A DNA stretch of 64,000 nucleotides from Nitrosomonadales bacterium (GTDB lineage: Bacteria > Pseudomonadota > Gammaproteobacteria > Burkholderiales > Gallionellaceae), in NCBI GenBank assembly GCA_037137715.1, contig JBAXJT010000007.1, positions 16,621 through 80,620 of the forward strand. Reading direction: 5' to 3'. Made by a program: the position numbers and the translations under genes. The notes beneath the pieces were generated by a model, which saw only the letters and a program-made list of their open reading frames with translations, was not told the DNA's origin and did no database searches. Of the stretch, positions 1 to 9,181 are shown one piece after another. Within the stretch, counting starts at the first letter, position 1. Each line of letters starts with the position of its first letter.

Positions 1-125
1 CCAAGGCGCTAGTAGACGGCCCGCAAGCGATGCTGCTTAGCGAATTACCTTACTTTCTGGAAGATGTGCTGATCGCAAGGGATGCCTATCTGGCTAGGGT
101 TGCATTGCGCGCGCGTCAGAAGTAG
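1..125 (+). CDS. 3' end of an unidentified CDS entering from upstream of the window
   Basis: Frame 3 is open from base 3 to TAG at 123-125 (..LSELPYFLEDVLIARDAYLARVALRARQK*). A GCGCGC..GCGCGC palindrome spans the stop. Too short to name. Confidence 0.3.
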   Translation, partial: KALVDGPQAMLLSELPYFLEDVLIARDAYLARVALRARQK

Positions 126-273
126 GCGCGCTTTAAATGCATGTAATTTGTGATATCTGGTAATTATTTTGTAACAAACGCTTGCAATTTGAGTATTAGT
201 TGACTAAGGGGATTTGGCGCAATATCATGCGGTTTCATAAAATTTTTGAAACGTCACTAGGGAGATTGCGATC

Positions 274-645
274 ATGGTAGAAGAAAAGAAGAAACCAGCC
301 GCCAAAAAAGTGGTTGCCAGTAAAGTTGCGGTAGAAAGTGAAGTTAAGGTCAAAAAAGTAGCAGCGAAGAAGGCGCCCGCAGCCAAAGCGGTTGAAGCTC
401 CCGTATGGCCCTTCCCGGAAGCTGAAAAGGTAGCCGCACCTGCTAAGAAGGTTGCAGCGAAAAAGGCGGCTCCCAAGGCCAAAGCAGCAGAGAAGCAAGC
501 CGTTGCGCAACCTTCCGCACAGGAGCGTTACCGCATGGTTGAAACCGCTGCGTATTACATCGCTGAACGTTCTGGTTTCCAGGGTTGCACGACCGATCAC
601 TGGGCTGCGGCAGAGCTGGAAATTGCAAGCAAGCTGGCTAGTTAA
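274..645 (+). CDS. Lys/Ala-rich (histone H1-like) protein with a DUF2934-like C-terminus
   Basis: ATG at 274 preceded by GGGAGA. N-terminal AAKK/PAAK repeats. C-terminal ERYRMVETAAYYIAERSGFQG..DHWAAAELEI resembles the DUF2934 signature. A terminator follows. Confidence 0.7.
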   Translation: MVEEKKKPAAKKVVASKVAVESEVKVKKVAAKKAPAAKAVEAPVWPFPEAEKVAAPAKKVAAKKAAPKAKAAEKQAVAQPSAQERYRMVETAAYYIAERSGFQGCTTDHWAAAELEIASKLAS

Positions 646-668
646 TCTCGGATTGACGATTGTTTAAA

Positions 669-698
669 GCCGTATGGTGAAAGCCATGCGGTTTTTTT
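669..698 (+). terminator. Rho-independent terminator
   Basis: GCCGTATGG-tgaaag-CCATGCGG stem followed by a T7 run. Confidence 0.6.
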
Positions 699-797
699 AC
701 GGCTTTTTGAGTGCCTTTCGCTGGTGGAAACAGGCACCGCTAACCAGCAGCTGTGCTATCTTTACGCAATGTTACCCGGACGCCTTTATTTGATACC

Positions 798-1736
798 ATG
801 AGCCTGTTTGCCCTGATAGTCGCGCTGTTGCTCGAACAGCTCAAGCCGCTTCATACGCGTCAGCACCTGAGTGGCTGGTTGTCAGGTTACCTTGAATATT
901 TTCAGCATCACTTTAACTCCGGGGAATACAGTCACGGCAAGGCTGCCTGGTGGCTGGCGATGCTGCCTATTCTCTTCGGCGGTACAGCTGTGTTTTGGGG
1001 GCTGCATTATCTGCACCCGATACTCTCGATATTCTTTAATATGCTGGCGCTCTATCTGAGCTTTGGCTTTGGCAGGTTTAGTCATGGATTTGCCGATATT
1101 CAGCACGCGTTGCATGACGGAAAGTTACTCGAGGCGCGCGTGATGCTCGCCGCTTTATGCGGCAAACCGGCTGATGAACTCAATGCCGATGAAATCGCAT
1201 GTGTGACGATTGAAACATCGTTGCTTGCCGCGTTGCAGCATCTGTTCGGCGTGATTGTCTGGTTCGTCATCTTTAGTCTGTTGGGTGCGGGAGGCGCGGT
1301 GGGCGCCTTGCTGTATTGTGCTGTGCGTATGTTGCGCACGCACTGGGTGGATGAGTTAAACGAAGATGAGTCGAAATTTTGTGAGTATGCCTGCCAGATG
1401 GCTGTGCGTGTCGAGTGGTTGCCTGTCCGGCTGACGGCGGCGACTTTCGCGATTGTCGGAAATTTCGAGGATACCGTGTATTGCTGGCGCTCTCAGGCAG
1501 CGAGTTGGTCTGACAGCGAAACGGGGATATTGCTGGCCAGCGCAGCAGGCGCATCCGGCGTGCGTTTGGGCTTTCCTATTGTTCAAGCGGGCACGCGTAT
1601 AGAACGCGCGGAGTTGGGTGTTGGCGACAAAACGGGCGCAGTGGCTCTGCAATGTGCTATCCGGTTGGTGTGGCGTTCTGTGTTGTTTATGCTGCTGATG
1701 CTGTTCATGCTGACACTGGCGAGTTTGCTGCGTTAA
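798..1736 (+). CDS. AmpE/CobD-CbiB-like integral membrane protein
   Basis: Start taken at MSLFALIVALLLEQL, an AmpE-like N-terminus. Multiple TM segments. Overall resemblance to AmpE/CobD family proteins. The ORF-track start at 753 is less likely. Confidence 0.6.
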   Translation: MSLFALIVALLLEQLKPLHTRQHLSGWLSGYLEYFQHHFNSGEYSHGKAAWWLAMLPILFGGTAVFWGLHYLHPILSIFFNMLALYLSFGFGRFSHGFADIQHALHDGKLLEARVMLAALCGKPADELNADEIACVTIETSLLAALQHLFGVIVWFVIFSLLGAGGAVGALLYCAVRMLRTHWVDELNEDESKFCEYACQMAVRVEWLPVRLTAATFAIVGNFEDTVYCWRSQAASWSDSETGILLASAAGASGVRLGFPIVQAGTRIERAELGVGDKTGAVALQCAIRLVWRSVLFMLLMLFMLTLASLLR

Positions 1737-1814
1737 AACGTGGGCAATTTTGTTTTTGATCTGCCAGTTTAGGTTAGAATGCCACCTTTGCTTGTCACGA
1801 AAACGAGAGTCAGA

Positions 1815-2696
1815 ATGATCAAGGGAAGTATTGTTGCAATCGTCACGCCCATGCATGAAGACGGTAGTCTGGATTTGCCGGCGTTTCGCGGATTGATCGA
1901 TTTTCACATCGAACAGGGTACGGATGCGATCGTGGTGGTGGGGACGACGGGCGAATCGCCGACCGTTGATCTGGCAGAGCACGAGTTGCTGATTTCAGAA
2001 GCGGTGAAACATGCTGCAAAGCGTATCCCCGTCATTGCCGGTACCGGTGCCAATTCGACACGCGAAGCCATTGAACTTGCCCTGTTTTCGCAGCGCGCCG
2101 GGGCAGACGCATCGTTGACCGTGGTGCCTTATTACAACAAGCCGACTCAGGAAGGTCTGTACCTGCACTTCAAGGCAATTGCGGAAGCGGTAGATATGCC
2201 GCACATCCTGTATAACGTGCCGGGGCGCACGGTGGCGGATATGAACAACGACACGGTGCTGCGTTTGGCGCAGATTTCCAATATCGTCGGAATTAAGGAC
2301 GCGACAGGAAATATTGAGCGTGGCAGTGATTTGCTGGCGCGTGCCCCTAAAGATTTTGCCATCTACAGCGGTGATGATGCCAGCACGCTGGCGCTGATGT
2401 TGCTGGGCGCGCACGGCACAATTTCCGTCACCGCGAATGTCGCGCCCAAACTGATGCACGAGATGTGCACCGCCGCATTGGCGGGGGATTTGGTGCGGGC
2501 ACGGGAAATCAATTTCCGTTTGCTGGGATTACATCGCAACCTGTTCGTCGAGGCCAATCCTATCCCGGTAAAATGGGCGGTGGCGCGTATGGGCCGGATG
2601 AAAAATACCCTGCGTCTGCCGCTGACGCCTCTGTCGGCAGGTGCACACAGTGTTGTCGAACAAGCAATGCGCGACGCTGGCGTACTTACAAATTAA
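1815..2696 (+). CDS. dapA: 4-hydroxy-tetrahydrodipicolinate synthase
   Basis: [13 protein letters not shown].., GTTGES and YNVPGRT motifs. Conserved dapA-bamC adjacency. ATG at 1815. Confidence 0.95.
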   Translation: MIKGSIVAIVTPMHEDGSLDLPAFRGLIDFHIEQGTDAIVVVGTTGESPTVDLAEHELLISEAVKHAAKRIPVIAGTGANSTREAIELALFSQRAGADASLTVVPYYNKPTQEGLYLHFKAIAEAVDMPHILYNVPGRTVADMNNDTVLRLAQISNIVGIKDATGNIERGSDLLARAPKDFAIYSGDDASTLALMLLGAHGTISVTANVAPKLMHEMCTAALAGDLVRAREINFRLLGLHRNLFVEANPIPVKWAVARMGRMKNTLRLPLTPLSAGAHSVVEQAMRDAGVLTN

Positions 2697-2711
2697 TTGT
2701 CGGGAATAAAT

Positions 2712-3797
2712 ATGAAAGCTTTGCATATCGGAATTTGCAGCGTTGCGCTGGTCTCTTTGGCGGGATGCGGTGCGATGGGTTTGAGCAATAAACGTATCGA
2801 TTATGGCGCGGCTGCGGTACAAGTGCCAACCCTCGAAGTGCCGCCTGATCTGACATCTCCTGAAGTGGATGACCGTTACAAGGTCGCAGGTTCCGGTAAC
2901 GAGTCTGTTGCGACTTACTCCGCGTATAACAAGGGCGAGGCCGCACCTGCCGCGCGCAGTACGGTGCTGCCGGTTGTAAAAGGCGTCAGTCTGGAACGCA
3001 ACGGCGTGCAACGCTGGTTGAAAGTGACTGATCAGCCCGAAAATGTCTGGCCGGTCGTCAAAACTTTTTTGCATGAGACGGGGTTGGCTATTCAGACCGA
3101 GGATCAGGCCGCCGGTATCATTGAAACAGAGTGGGCGGAAAATCGCGCCAAGATCCCGCAGGATGGTCTGCGCAGCATCATAGGCAAGGTGTTTGATAAT
3201 CTGTATTCGTCAGGCGAGCGCGATCAGTATCGCATCCGTCTGGAACGCACGGCAGACGCAACCGAAATTCACATCACTCATCACGGCAAGGTTGAAGTGC
3301 TCGATGCGGACAAAAATTCTTCAAAGTGGCAAACCCGCCCGAACGATCCTGAGATGGAAGCGGAACTGTTGCAACGTCTGATGGTGCGTTTTGGCGGTAC
3401 GCCAGCGCAAGCCGTTGCTGTGACAGAAGGCGCTGCCGTCTCTACGGGCGCTGCCACGATGTTGCAGGTGTTTGATGGCAGCAGCGTCATCGTCATCAGC
3501 GATGCGTTTGACAAGAGCTGGCGCAGAGTAGGTCTTGCGATTGAGCGTGCCGGTTACGTCGTTGAAGACAAGGATCGCGAAAAGGGTGTTTATTTCCTGC
3601 GTACCGTCAAAGTGGAAAAAGGCTGGATGGATAAGCTGCAATTCTGGAAGGATGAGGAAGACACGAGTCTGCGTTATCGCGTCACCGTCAAGGATGCGGG
3701 CGCTTCATGCGAAGTCGCGGTCACTGATCAGAATGGCGCAAGTTCAGAGGCGAGTCAGTCGCGTCTTGATGCTATTTTCAAGAATATCAATCAATAA
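2712..3797 (+). CDS. bamC: Outer membrane protein assembly factor BamC (NlpB) lipoprotein
   Basis: Signal peptide with lipobox (VSLAGC). Position directly after dapA. Length and composition typical of BamC. Confidence 0.85.
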   Translation: MKALHIGICSVALVSLAGCGAMGLSNKRIDYGAAAVQVPTLEVPPDLTSPEVDDRYKVAGSGNESVATYSAYNKGEAAPAARSTVLPVVKGVSLERNGVQRWLKVTDQPENVWPVVKTFLHETGLAIQTEDQAAGIIETEWAENRAKIPQDGLRSIIGKVFDNLYSSGERDQYRIRLERTADATEIHITHHGKVEVLDADKNSSKWQTRPNDPEMEAELLQRLMVRFGGTPAQAVAVTEGAAVSTGAATMLQVFDGSSVIVISDAFDKSWRRVGLAIERAGYVVEDKDREKGVYFLRTVKVEKGWMDKLQFWKDEEDTSLRYRVTVKDAGASCEVAVTDQNGASSEASQSRLDAIFKNINQ

Positions 3798-3820
3798 GCG
3801 TATTGCCGCATAAGTAAAAA

Positions 3821-3850
3821 AGCTCGCCTTAACCGGTGAGCTTTTTTTTT
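3821..3850 (+). terminator. Rho-independent terminator
   Basis: AGCTCGCC-ttaacc-GGTGAGCT stem followed by a T9 run. Confidence 0.7.
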
Positions 3851-3861
3851 GAGGAAATTGG

Positions 3862-4629
3862 ATGAAATTTGCATCTTTGGGGAGCGGCAGTGAAGGCAAC
3901 GCGTTGCTGGTGAAGAGCGGGCAGACGCATGTACTGCTTGATTGCGGCTTCGGTATGAAAGATACGGTCGCGCGTCTTGCGCGCCTTGGCGTGACGCCTG
4001 AACAATTGAACGGCATCATCGTGACGCATGAGCACGGGGATCATATCGGCGGCGTAGCGCGGCTGGCACGCCAATACCGCATTCCTGTCTGGCTGACGCG
4101 AGGTACGCACCGGGCGCAGCCCCGCGCCTTTGAAAAAGTCGAAGAGATGCACGAAATCGATGTGCATCAGTGTTTCACTATTCGCGATCTGGCAATTCAA
4201 CCTTATCCTGTGCCGCATGATGCGGCAGAACCTGTGCAGTATCTGTTGTCCGGTGACGGTAAACGGCTCGGTGTGTTGACCGATGCCGGTTGCAGCACAC
4301 CCTATATCGAAATGATGCTGAGCGGTTGTGATGCGCTGGTGCTCGAATGCAATCACGACAGCGATATGCTGATGAACGGCAGTTATCCTTACAGCTTAAA
4401 ACAGCGCGTGGCGGGGCGTTTCGGTCATCTGAGTAATGTCGAGGCCGCAGCGCTATTGGCTAGACTCGATACCAGTCGTTTGCAGCATCTGATTGCAGCT
4501 CATCTGAGTGCGCATAACAATACGCAGGCGTTAGCGGTCAGTGCCCTGTGCGGGGTATTGAATTGCGAGTCTGAATGGGTGGGGATTGCAACTCAGCATG
4601 AAGGATTTGGCTGGCGGGAAATACGGTAA
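3862..4629 (+). CDS. MBL-fold metallo-hydrolase
   Basis: THEHGDH (HxHxDH) zinc motif. About 255 aa with a beta-lactamase-fold pattern. Confidence 0.85.
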   Translation: MKFASLGSGSEGNALLVKSGQTHVLLDCGFGMKDTVARLARLGVTPEQLNGIIVTHEHGDHIGGVARLARQYRIPVWLTRGTHRAQPRAFEKVEEMHEIDVHQCFTIRDLAIQPYPVPHDAAEPVQYLLSGDGKRLGVLTDAGCSTPYIEMMLSGCDALVLECNHDSDMLMNGSYPYSLKQRVAGRFGHLSNVEAAALLARLDTSRLQHLIAAHLSAHNNTQALAVSALCGVLNCESEWVGIATQHEGFGWREIR

Positions 4630-4755
4630 CGATCAGGCAATGTTATTGACGGTTTTTGATAATACTTATTGACTTGGTAGGGATTTTCTTAGTATTCTTG
4701 GCGGCGTAAGGTTAGCGTAAGTTTAATTGATGAATAAAGGGCGTTGAAAATTCAG

Positions 4756-5043
4756 ATGGAGCATGCGTATCTAAAAAAACCGGTGTGTTTGAGCGGAGTC
4801 GGTAATTTTAAAATTAAACTTCAGCTGGCTGGCTGGTTCATAGCTGCATTGGGCATTGTAGCGCTGATTGTGAGCTTGGTCGTGGCAGATAAAATAGTTG
4901 TCGAGCATGTTTCAGTCGGGTTTTCTTTTGCAGAAATTTCGGCATTACCGGTATCAGTCATTGTTTCTGCCTGTGTCATAGTGCTGGGCTGCCTGATGTT
5001 GTGGATAGGCGACTCGATAAAGGTCAATAATGAGCAGGAGTAA
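4756..5043 (+). CDS. Small hypothetical membrane protein
   Basis: Two clear hydrophobic helices. ATG at 4756 preferred over TTG at 4744. AT-rich surroundings. No family recognised. Confidence 0.45.
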   Translation: MEHAYLKKPVCLSGVGNFKIKLQLAGWFIAALGIVALIVSLVVADKIVVEHVSVGFSFAEISALPVSVIVSACVIVLGCLMLWIGDSIKVNNEQE

Positions 5044-5093
5044 ATGAGTTGAGGTGAATTGTGAGACTAATGTACAGACGCTTATTTTTGGAC

Positions 5094-5122
5094 GAAAAAA
5101 AACCGGCTTGCGCCGGTTTTTT
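5094..5122. terminator. Bidirectional terminator between convergent genes
   Basis: A-run, AACCGGC-ttgc-GCCGGTT hairpin, then T-run. Confidence 0.7.
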
Positions 5123-5137
5123 CATGCAAGCAGTCTA

Positions 5138-5323
5138 TTACTTAGCAGCTGGTGCTTCAACAACAGCAGATGCAGCTTCAGCAGCTGGAGCAGCTTCAAC
5201 AGCAGATGCAGCAGCTGGTGCTTCAACAACTGCAGGAGCAGCAGCTGGAACTTCAGCAGCTTTTTCGCCACAAGCAGACAAAGCAAGAGCCAACAGAGCA
5301 GCAACGAGAGCGGATAATTTCAT
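5138..5323 (-). CDS. Small Ala/Pro/Glu/Val-repeat lipoprotein
   Basis: MKLSALVAALLALALSAC lipobox. RBS AAGGAAA before the ATG at 5323. Mature part is AVVEAPAA-type repeats mirrored by tandem DNA repeats. Confidence 0.65.
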   Translation of the reverse strand: MKLSALVAALLALALSACGEKAAEVPAAAPAVVEAPAAASAVEAAPAAEAASAVVEAPAAK

Positions 5324-5448
5324 GGTAAGTTTCCTTAAGTTAAGTTTGAGATGATTTAAAATTGTGTTCGACTTCGCTAATTCAGCCAAAATCAAAGTCG
5401 CGGCATTCTACCAGTAAATTTAAAAAAATCCAGTAAATTAAGGTATTT

Positions 5449-5940
5449 TTATAAGCCTAGTCGCGTAGTGGATACGGCAGTGTGCGAATTGGACCACATT
5501 TCCATGAACGTGGCGGTCAGTGCCCGCGCATTTTCGGGGTCGTTTTGCGCGAAGAGTCCGCGCGGATCGTCAAAATGAAACCGGCGCACATAGTGCAGGT
5601 TGTCCGCCACGCTGAAGGGGGCTGTAATGTGTTGCAGAACTTTGGATGTCTGGTGTATGAATATTCTGTCGTCAAACTGGCGCAACAATAAAGTCATGCG
5701 CGGACACAGCGTAGACAGGTAGTGAACATCGTGCGCCAGCACATGCAGGCGGTTGGCCGGATTGGTCAGCATGAAGTGCCGCAAGCTGTTAAAACGCGAT
5801 TCCGAATTAAATCCCAGCCCGTCGAAATTCTTTTCAAACAAATAAAGGTTGTGACGGGCCAGTTGACATAAGGAGTCGAGTGCCGCGCTGTAATCGGGAA
5901 TGCCGTCCAGATGGGTGTGTATCAGCGCGTCATCCGTCAT
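5449..5940 (-). CDS. Hypothetical protein, apparently co-transcribed with roxA
   Basis: ATG at 5940 with AAGGAG RBS overlapping the end of roxA (11-nt gap). 163 aa. No domain recognised. Confidence 0.6.
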   Translation of the reverse strand: MTDDALIHTHLDGIPDYSAALDSLCQLARHNLYLFEKNFDGLGFNSESRFNSLRHFMLTNPANRLHVLAHDVHYLSTLCPRMTLLLRQFDDRIFIHQTSKVLQHITAPFSVADNLHYVRRFHFDDPRGLFAQNDPENARALTATFMEMWSNSHTAVSTTRLGL

Positions 5941-5951
5941 GCCAGTCTCCT

Positions 5952-7076
5952 TTAAAGGGGGGCGAGGTATCCGTCCAGATACCACTCATACAGCGTTTCG
6001 ATCACGTGTTCCGGGGCCCCGGTTTGTGCGGGCAGGCTGCGATTGTCAGCCAGTTCGCGCAGCAAGGGGTAGTCAGCGGCATCCACTTGAGTTGATTCGC
6101 CGTTCATAAAAACGGTATCGGTGTGGCACAGCATTTGACTCTTGAGGTTCAGTGCGATGCCGTTGACCGAGAATGCTTTTGCGAATTTTTTCAAACTCAA
6201 CTCTGTTTCCGGTGTATCGAAATAGATATGCGGCTTAGGCTCGCTCAGATAACAACCGAGGAAATTGGCGATGTCGCCCGCATCCCAGCGTACCTGCTTG
6301 ATCGCCTGCTCTACCTGCGTCAGCATGGCGGAACTGATTTCGGACGGATGTGCCTGTGTTTTTAAGTCGGGATCGGCGTAATTGCCTTCCACAACGATCC
6401 GGTCTTGCAGGTAAACCAGAAACTGTTCTGCGAGTTCCTGATAGGCCGGTGTGCGAAAACCGATCGAGTAGGTCATGCAGTCATCTTCTGCAACGCCGTT
6501 GTGCGCGCATTGCGGCGGCAGATACAACATATCGCCCGGCCCCAGTACCCATTCCTGCTCGACTTTGAAGTCCTTCAAAATGCGCAGCGGTGCGCCTTCA
6601 ATCAGGGTGCGGTCGGCCTGAGTGGAAATCTGCCAGCGACGATGCCCCAGTCCTTGCAGCAGGAACACATCGTAAGGGTCAAAATGCGGGCCAACGCCGC
6701 CGCCCTTGGGTGCGTAGCTGACCATCAGGTCGTCGAGGCGCGCGTGCGGAATAAAATCAAAGCGTTTGAGCAGTTCAGCCGCTTCCGGCAGGTGATGGTT
6801 CAAGCCTTGCAGCAGCACCGTCCAGTGTGCTTTGCCGAAATCTTTGAAGTCCTTAGCCGTGAAGGGCGATTGCGCAAGTTCAAACTCGCCGTTGTGCTGC
6901 GTAATCAGGCGCGCTTGCGCTTCTTCTGTGCAGGCGAGTTTAATGGCCTGTTTGGGGCTCAGCAGTCCGGTGAATTCAGGAATGGCGCCGCGTATCAGCA
7001 GTGGTTTCTTCTGCCAGTAGTCGCGCAAAAATTCGTCTATGGACAGGCCGCCTAGTAATGTAGATATATTTTTCAT
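5952..7076 (-). CDS. roxA: Cupin/JmjC ribosomal protein uL16 3-hydroxylase (YcfD/RoxA-like)
   Basis: N-terminus ..FLRDYWQKKPLLIRGAIPEF and HFDPYDVFLLQGLGHRRWQI match the YcfD cupin-4 pattern. Confidence 0.85.
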   Translation of the reverse strand: MKNISTLLGGLSIDEFLRDYWQKKPLLIRGAIPEFTGLLSPKQAIKLACTEEAQARLITQHNGEFELAQSPFTAKDFKDFGKAHWTVLLQGLNHHLPEAAELLKRFDFIPHARLDDLMVSYAPKGGGVGPHFDPYDVFLLQGLGHRRWQISTQADRTLIEGAPLRILKDFKVEQEWVLGPGDMLYLPPQCAHNGVAEDDCMTYSIGFRTPAYQELAEQFLVYLQDRIVVEGNYADPDLKTQAHPSEISSAMLTQVEQAIKQVRWDAGDIANFLGCYLSEPKPHIYFDTPETELSLKKFAKAFSVNGIALNLKSQMLCHTDTVFMNGESTQVDAADYPLLRELADNRSLPAQTGAPEHVIETLYEWYLDGYLAPL

Positions 7077-7249
7077 GCGCAGGATTATAGCCTTGTCAGG
7101 CGCTGTGTTGTTGAAGTTGAAAATTTATTAGGTGACGACAGACAAAGTGTTTAAAATGTCGCGAGATTGATTATTGAATGGATACATATAACTTTCACAT
7201 ACGCCGTCTATGCTTGTGCCGGCGTAAATTTATTTAAAAAGGAAATTTA

Positions 7250-7744
7250 ATGAAGATTGCAAAAAATACAGTGGTATCGTTGCGTTATGAATTACGCAAT
7301 GCCGAAGTGGAAGGCGAAGTGCTTGAATCGGTTGAAGATCCGATCAGTTATCTGCACGGCGGTTACGACGGTATTTTTCCTCTGGTAGAGGAAGCGCTGC
7401 ACGGCAAGAGCACAGGCGACAAGGTTAGCGTGACGCTGCAACCTGATGATGCATTCGGCGAATACGAGCACGAACTGGTTGAGGTTGAAGCGCGCAGTTC
7501 GTTCCCGGAAGATGTCGCTGTTGGCATGCAGTTCGAAGGCGCACCAGAAGAATCTGACGATGAAGATTTTATTTTGTACACCGTTGTGGAAGTGGGCGAT
7601 GACGAAGTAACTGTGGATGGCAATCATCCGCTGGCTGGCAAAACGGTCACGTTTGACTGCACGGTTACCGGCGTGCGCGCCGCGACCGAAGAAGAACTGG
7701 AACACGGTCATGTGCATGATGAAGCAGGCGGTCATTTGCACTAA
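7250..7744 (+). CDS. slyD: FKBP-type peptidyl-prolyl isomerase SlyD
   Basis: MKIAKNTVVSLRYELR.., an IF-domain insert, and a short His-containing tail (HGHVHDEAGGHLH). Confidence 0.9.
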   Translation: MKIAKNTVVSLRYELRNAEVEGEVLESVEDPISYLHGGYDGIFPLVEEALHGKSTGDKVSVTLQPDDAFGEYEHELVEVEARSSFPEDVAVGMQFEGAPEESDDEDFILYTVVEVGDDEVTVDGNHPLAGKTVTFDCTVTGVRAATEEELEHGHVHDEAGGHLH

Positions 7745-7768
7745 GCAGAACGTCGTAATGCATTGAAT

Positions 7769-7791
7769 ATCGCCCCGCACTGCGGGGCGAT
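7769..7791 (+). terminator. Stem-loop terminator after slyD
   Basis: ATCGCCCCGC-act-GCGGGGCGAT followed by TTTCATTT. Confidence 0.6.
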
Positions 7792-7913
7792 TTCATTTGT
7801 GCGATCGATCCCCCGGAATGGAGGTGCAAAATAAATGACTTATGTGAGGTTTGTCACAGACAGTTGCATTAGCCGCCACTAATATGCCACCCATCAACCA
7901 CAAGGAGCTCAAA

Positions 7914-8105
7914 ATGAAATGTAATTCAGGCGGTATGGATCGTATTCTTCGTGTCATCGCAGGTCTGGTTTTGATTGCGCTGGCCGCGACTGAAACCGTG
8001 GGCGTGTGGGGTTGGATTGGCGTTGTGCCTTTGCTGACCGGAATATTCGGTTTTTGTCCTGCGTATATGCTGTTGGGTGTAAATACCTGCGGCATCAAAA
8101 AATAA
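7914..8105 (+). CDS. DUF2892 (YgaP-like) small membrane protein
   Basis: GGMDRILRVIAGLVLI..GFCPAY..LG..TC pattern. AAGGAG RBS before the ATG at 7914. Confidence 0.75.
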   Translation: MKCNSGGMDRILRVIAGLVLIALAATETVGVWGWIGVVPLLTGIFGFCPAYMLLGVNTCGIKK

Positions 8106-8129
8106 ACCTAAAGTCCCTCCCAGGTCTTA

Positions 8130-8153
8130 GCCCGGTAAATTGCCGGGCTTTTT
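8130..8153 (+). terminator. Rho-independent terminator
   Basis: GCCCGG-taaatt-CCGGGC followed by TTTTT. It lies inside the ORF-track extension of the next gene, which supports the 8170 start. Confidence 0.6.
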
Positions 8154-8169
8154 AAATTTAAGGATAATC

Positions 8170-8742
8170 ATGAAGACAAAAATTTCCCTGTTTGCATTGC
8201 TTAGTCTCACCGTATGCAGTGTTTATGCCGAAGACCTGAGCAAATATCAGGACGAGAGCCGTGCTGTCGCTATGCCGTTTTTGAAACAGTTGGGCTCCGC
8301 GAATCAAAAAGCGGTCAGCGAAGGCGGTCCTGATGCGGCCGTTAAAGTTTGCCGCGACATCGCACCGCAAATGACGGGCGAGGTTTCACGCAAGACTGGT
8401 TGGAAAATGACGCGTGTCAGCCTTAAAGTGCGCAATCCTATGCTGGGGACTGCGGATGCCTGGGAGCAAAAGGCTCTGATGGAATTCGAGGCGCGCGCAG
8501 CCAAAGGCGAAAAAGCTGAAACGCTGGAACTGTCAGAAGTTGTGCAGGAACCGGCTGGCAAGTCTTTCCGTTTTATCAAGGCTATTCCCTTGCAAGCGGG
8601 ATGTGTTGCTTGTCACGGTGCGGTAGAGCAGATTCCTGATAGCGTTAAAGCGCGCTTGAATGAAGATTATCCGCACGACAAGGCAACCGGCTACAGTCCA
8701 GGCCAGATTCGTGGTGCCGTGAGCATCAAGCGCCCGATCTAA
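8170..8742 (+). CDS. Periplasmic c-type heme protein, DUF3365 (Tll0287-like)
   Basis: Signal peptide MKTKISLFALLSLTVCSVYA. Single CVACH heme-c motif encoded at 8602-8616. Overall DUF3365-like layout. Confidence 0.75.
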   Translation: MKTKISLFALLSLTVCSVYAEDLSKYQDESRAVAMPFLKQLGSANQKAVSEGGPDAAVKVCRDIAPQMTGEVSRKTGWKMTRVSLKVRNPMLGTADAWEQKALMEFEARAAKGEKAETLELSEVVQEPAGKSFRFIKAIPLQAGCVACHGAVEQIPDSVKARLNEDYPHDKATGYSPGQIRGAVSIKRPI

Positions 8743-8772
8743 GCCCTACGCACAGCTGATTGTTGTTTTGAA

Positions 8773-8798
8773 AACGGCCCGTCCTGCGGGCCGTTTTT
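8773..8798 (+). terminator. Rho-independent terminator
   Basis: AACGGCCCG-tcct-GCGGGCCGTT followed by a T-run. Confidence 0.7.
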
Positions 8799-8906
8799 GT
8801 TTGATAAGAAGTCGCCGTCGACAATTATTAGTTCGGGCTATTATTTTCATGATGCTCGTGATAAAAAATCTGGCGGTGGACACTACTTTGCTGAACATCC
8901 GCTAAA

Positions 8907-9149
8907 ATGAACGTTATGAACAAACTACCTAAAAATTCCTTCCACCTGATTTTCTCGCTCATCATGGGCGCGATGATGGTTTTTCTGATGACCTGTGTGA
9001 TTACGCTGGCGAATGTCGGTATGACGGATGATTTTTTTCGCCACTGGTTGCATGCTTTTCTAATCGCCTATCCGGTTGCGGTGCCGGTCATTTATCTGTT
9101 CGCGCCGATTGCACGCAAAATTACCGCACGAATCGTCGAACATCCCTAA
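8907..9149 (+). CDS. DUF2798 family membrane protein
   Basis: LIFSLIMGAMMVFLMTCVITLANVG...F..W..AF.IAYPVA pattern. 80 aa. Confidence 0.7.
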   Translation: MNVMNKLPKNSFHLIFSLIMGAMMVFLMTCVITLANVGMTDDFFRHWLHAFLIAYPVAVPVIYLFAPIARKITARIVEHP

Positions 9150-9181
9150 GGACAGGTTAATAAATACAGAAAGGGCGCGCA

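Noticed and set aside
225-628. Minus-strand ORFs (85, 121 and 61 aa) overlapping 274-645
   Set aside because: They are shadow frames of the Lys/Ala-repeat gene with low-complexity Ala/Phe/Leu translations. No start context.
753-797. ORF-track start codons extending several genes (753, 1779, 2697, 8140, 10746, 15075, 21947, 46020, 46406, 60717)
   Set aside because: In each case an internal ATG or GTG gives the canonical family N-terminus or signal peptide, has a better RBS, or avoids running through an upstream terminator or the preceding gene. The shorter coordinates are reported in the features.
1356-1982. 208-aa minus-strand ORF spanning the ampE-like/dapA junction
   Set aside because: It runs antisense through two well-supported genes and their intergenic promoter region.
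5054-5354. Two plus-strand ORFs (87 and 97 aa) with Ser/Cys/Ala repeats
   Set aside because: They are antisense to the small lipoprotein gene, whose RBS, signal peptide and lipobox are convincing. The repeats simply mirror the Ala-rich DNA repeats. The bidirectional terminator lies inside them.
6405-7055. 216-aa plus-strand ORF
   Set aside because: Antisense to roxA.
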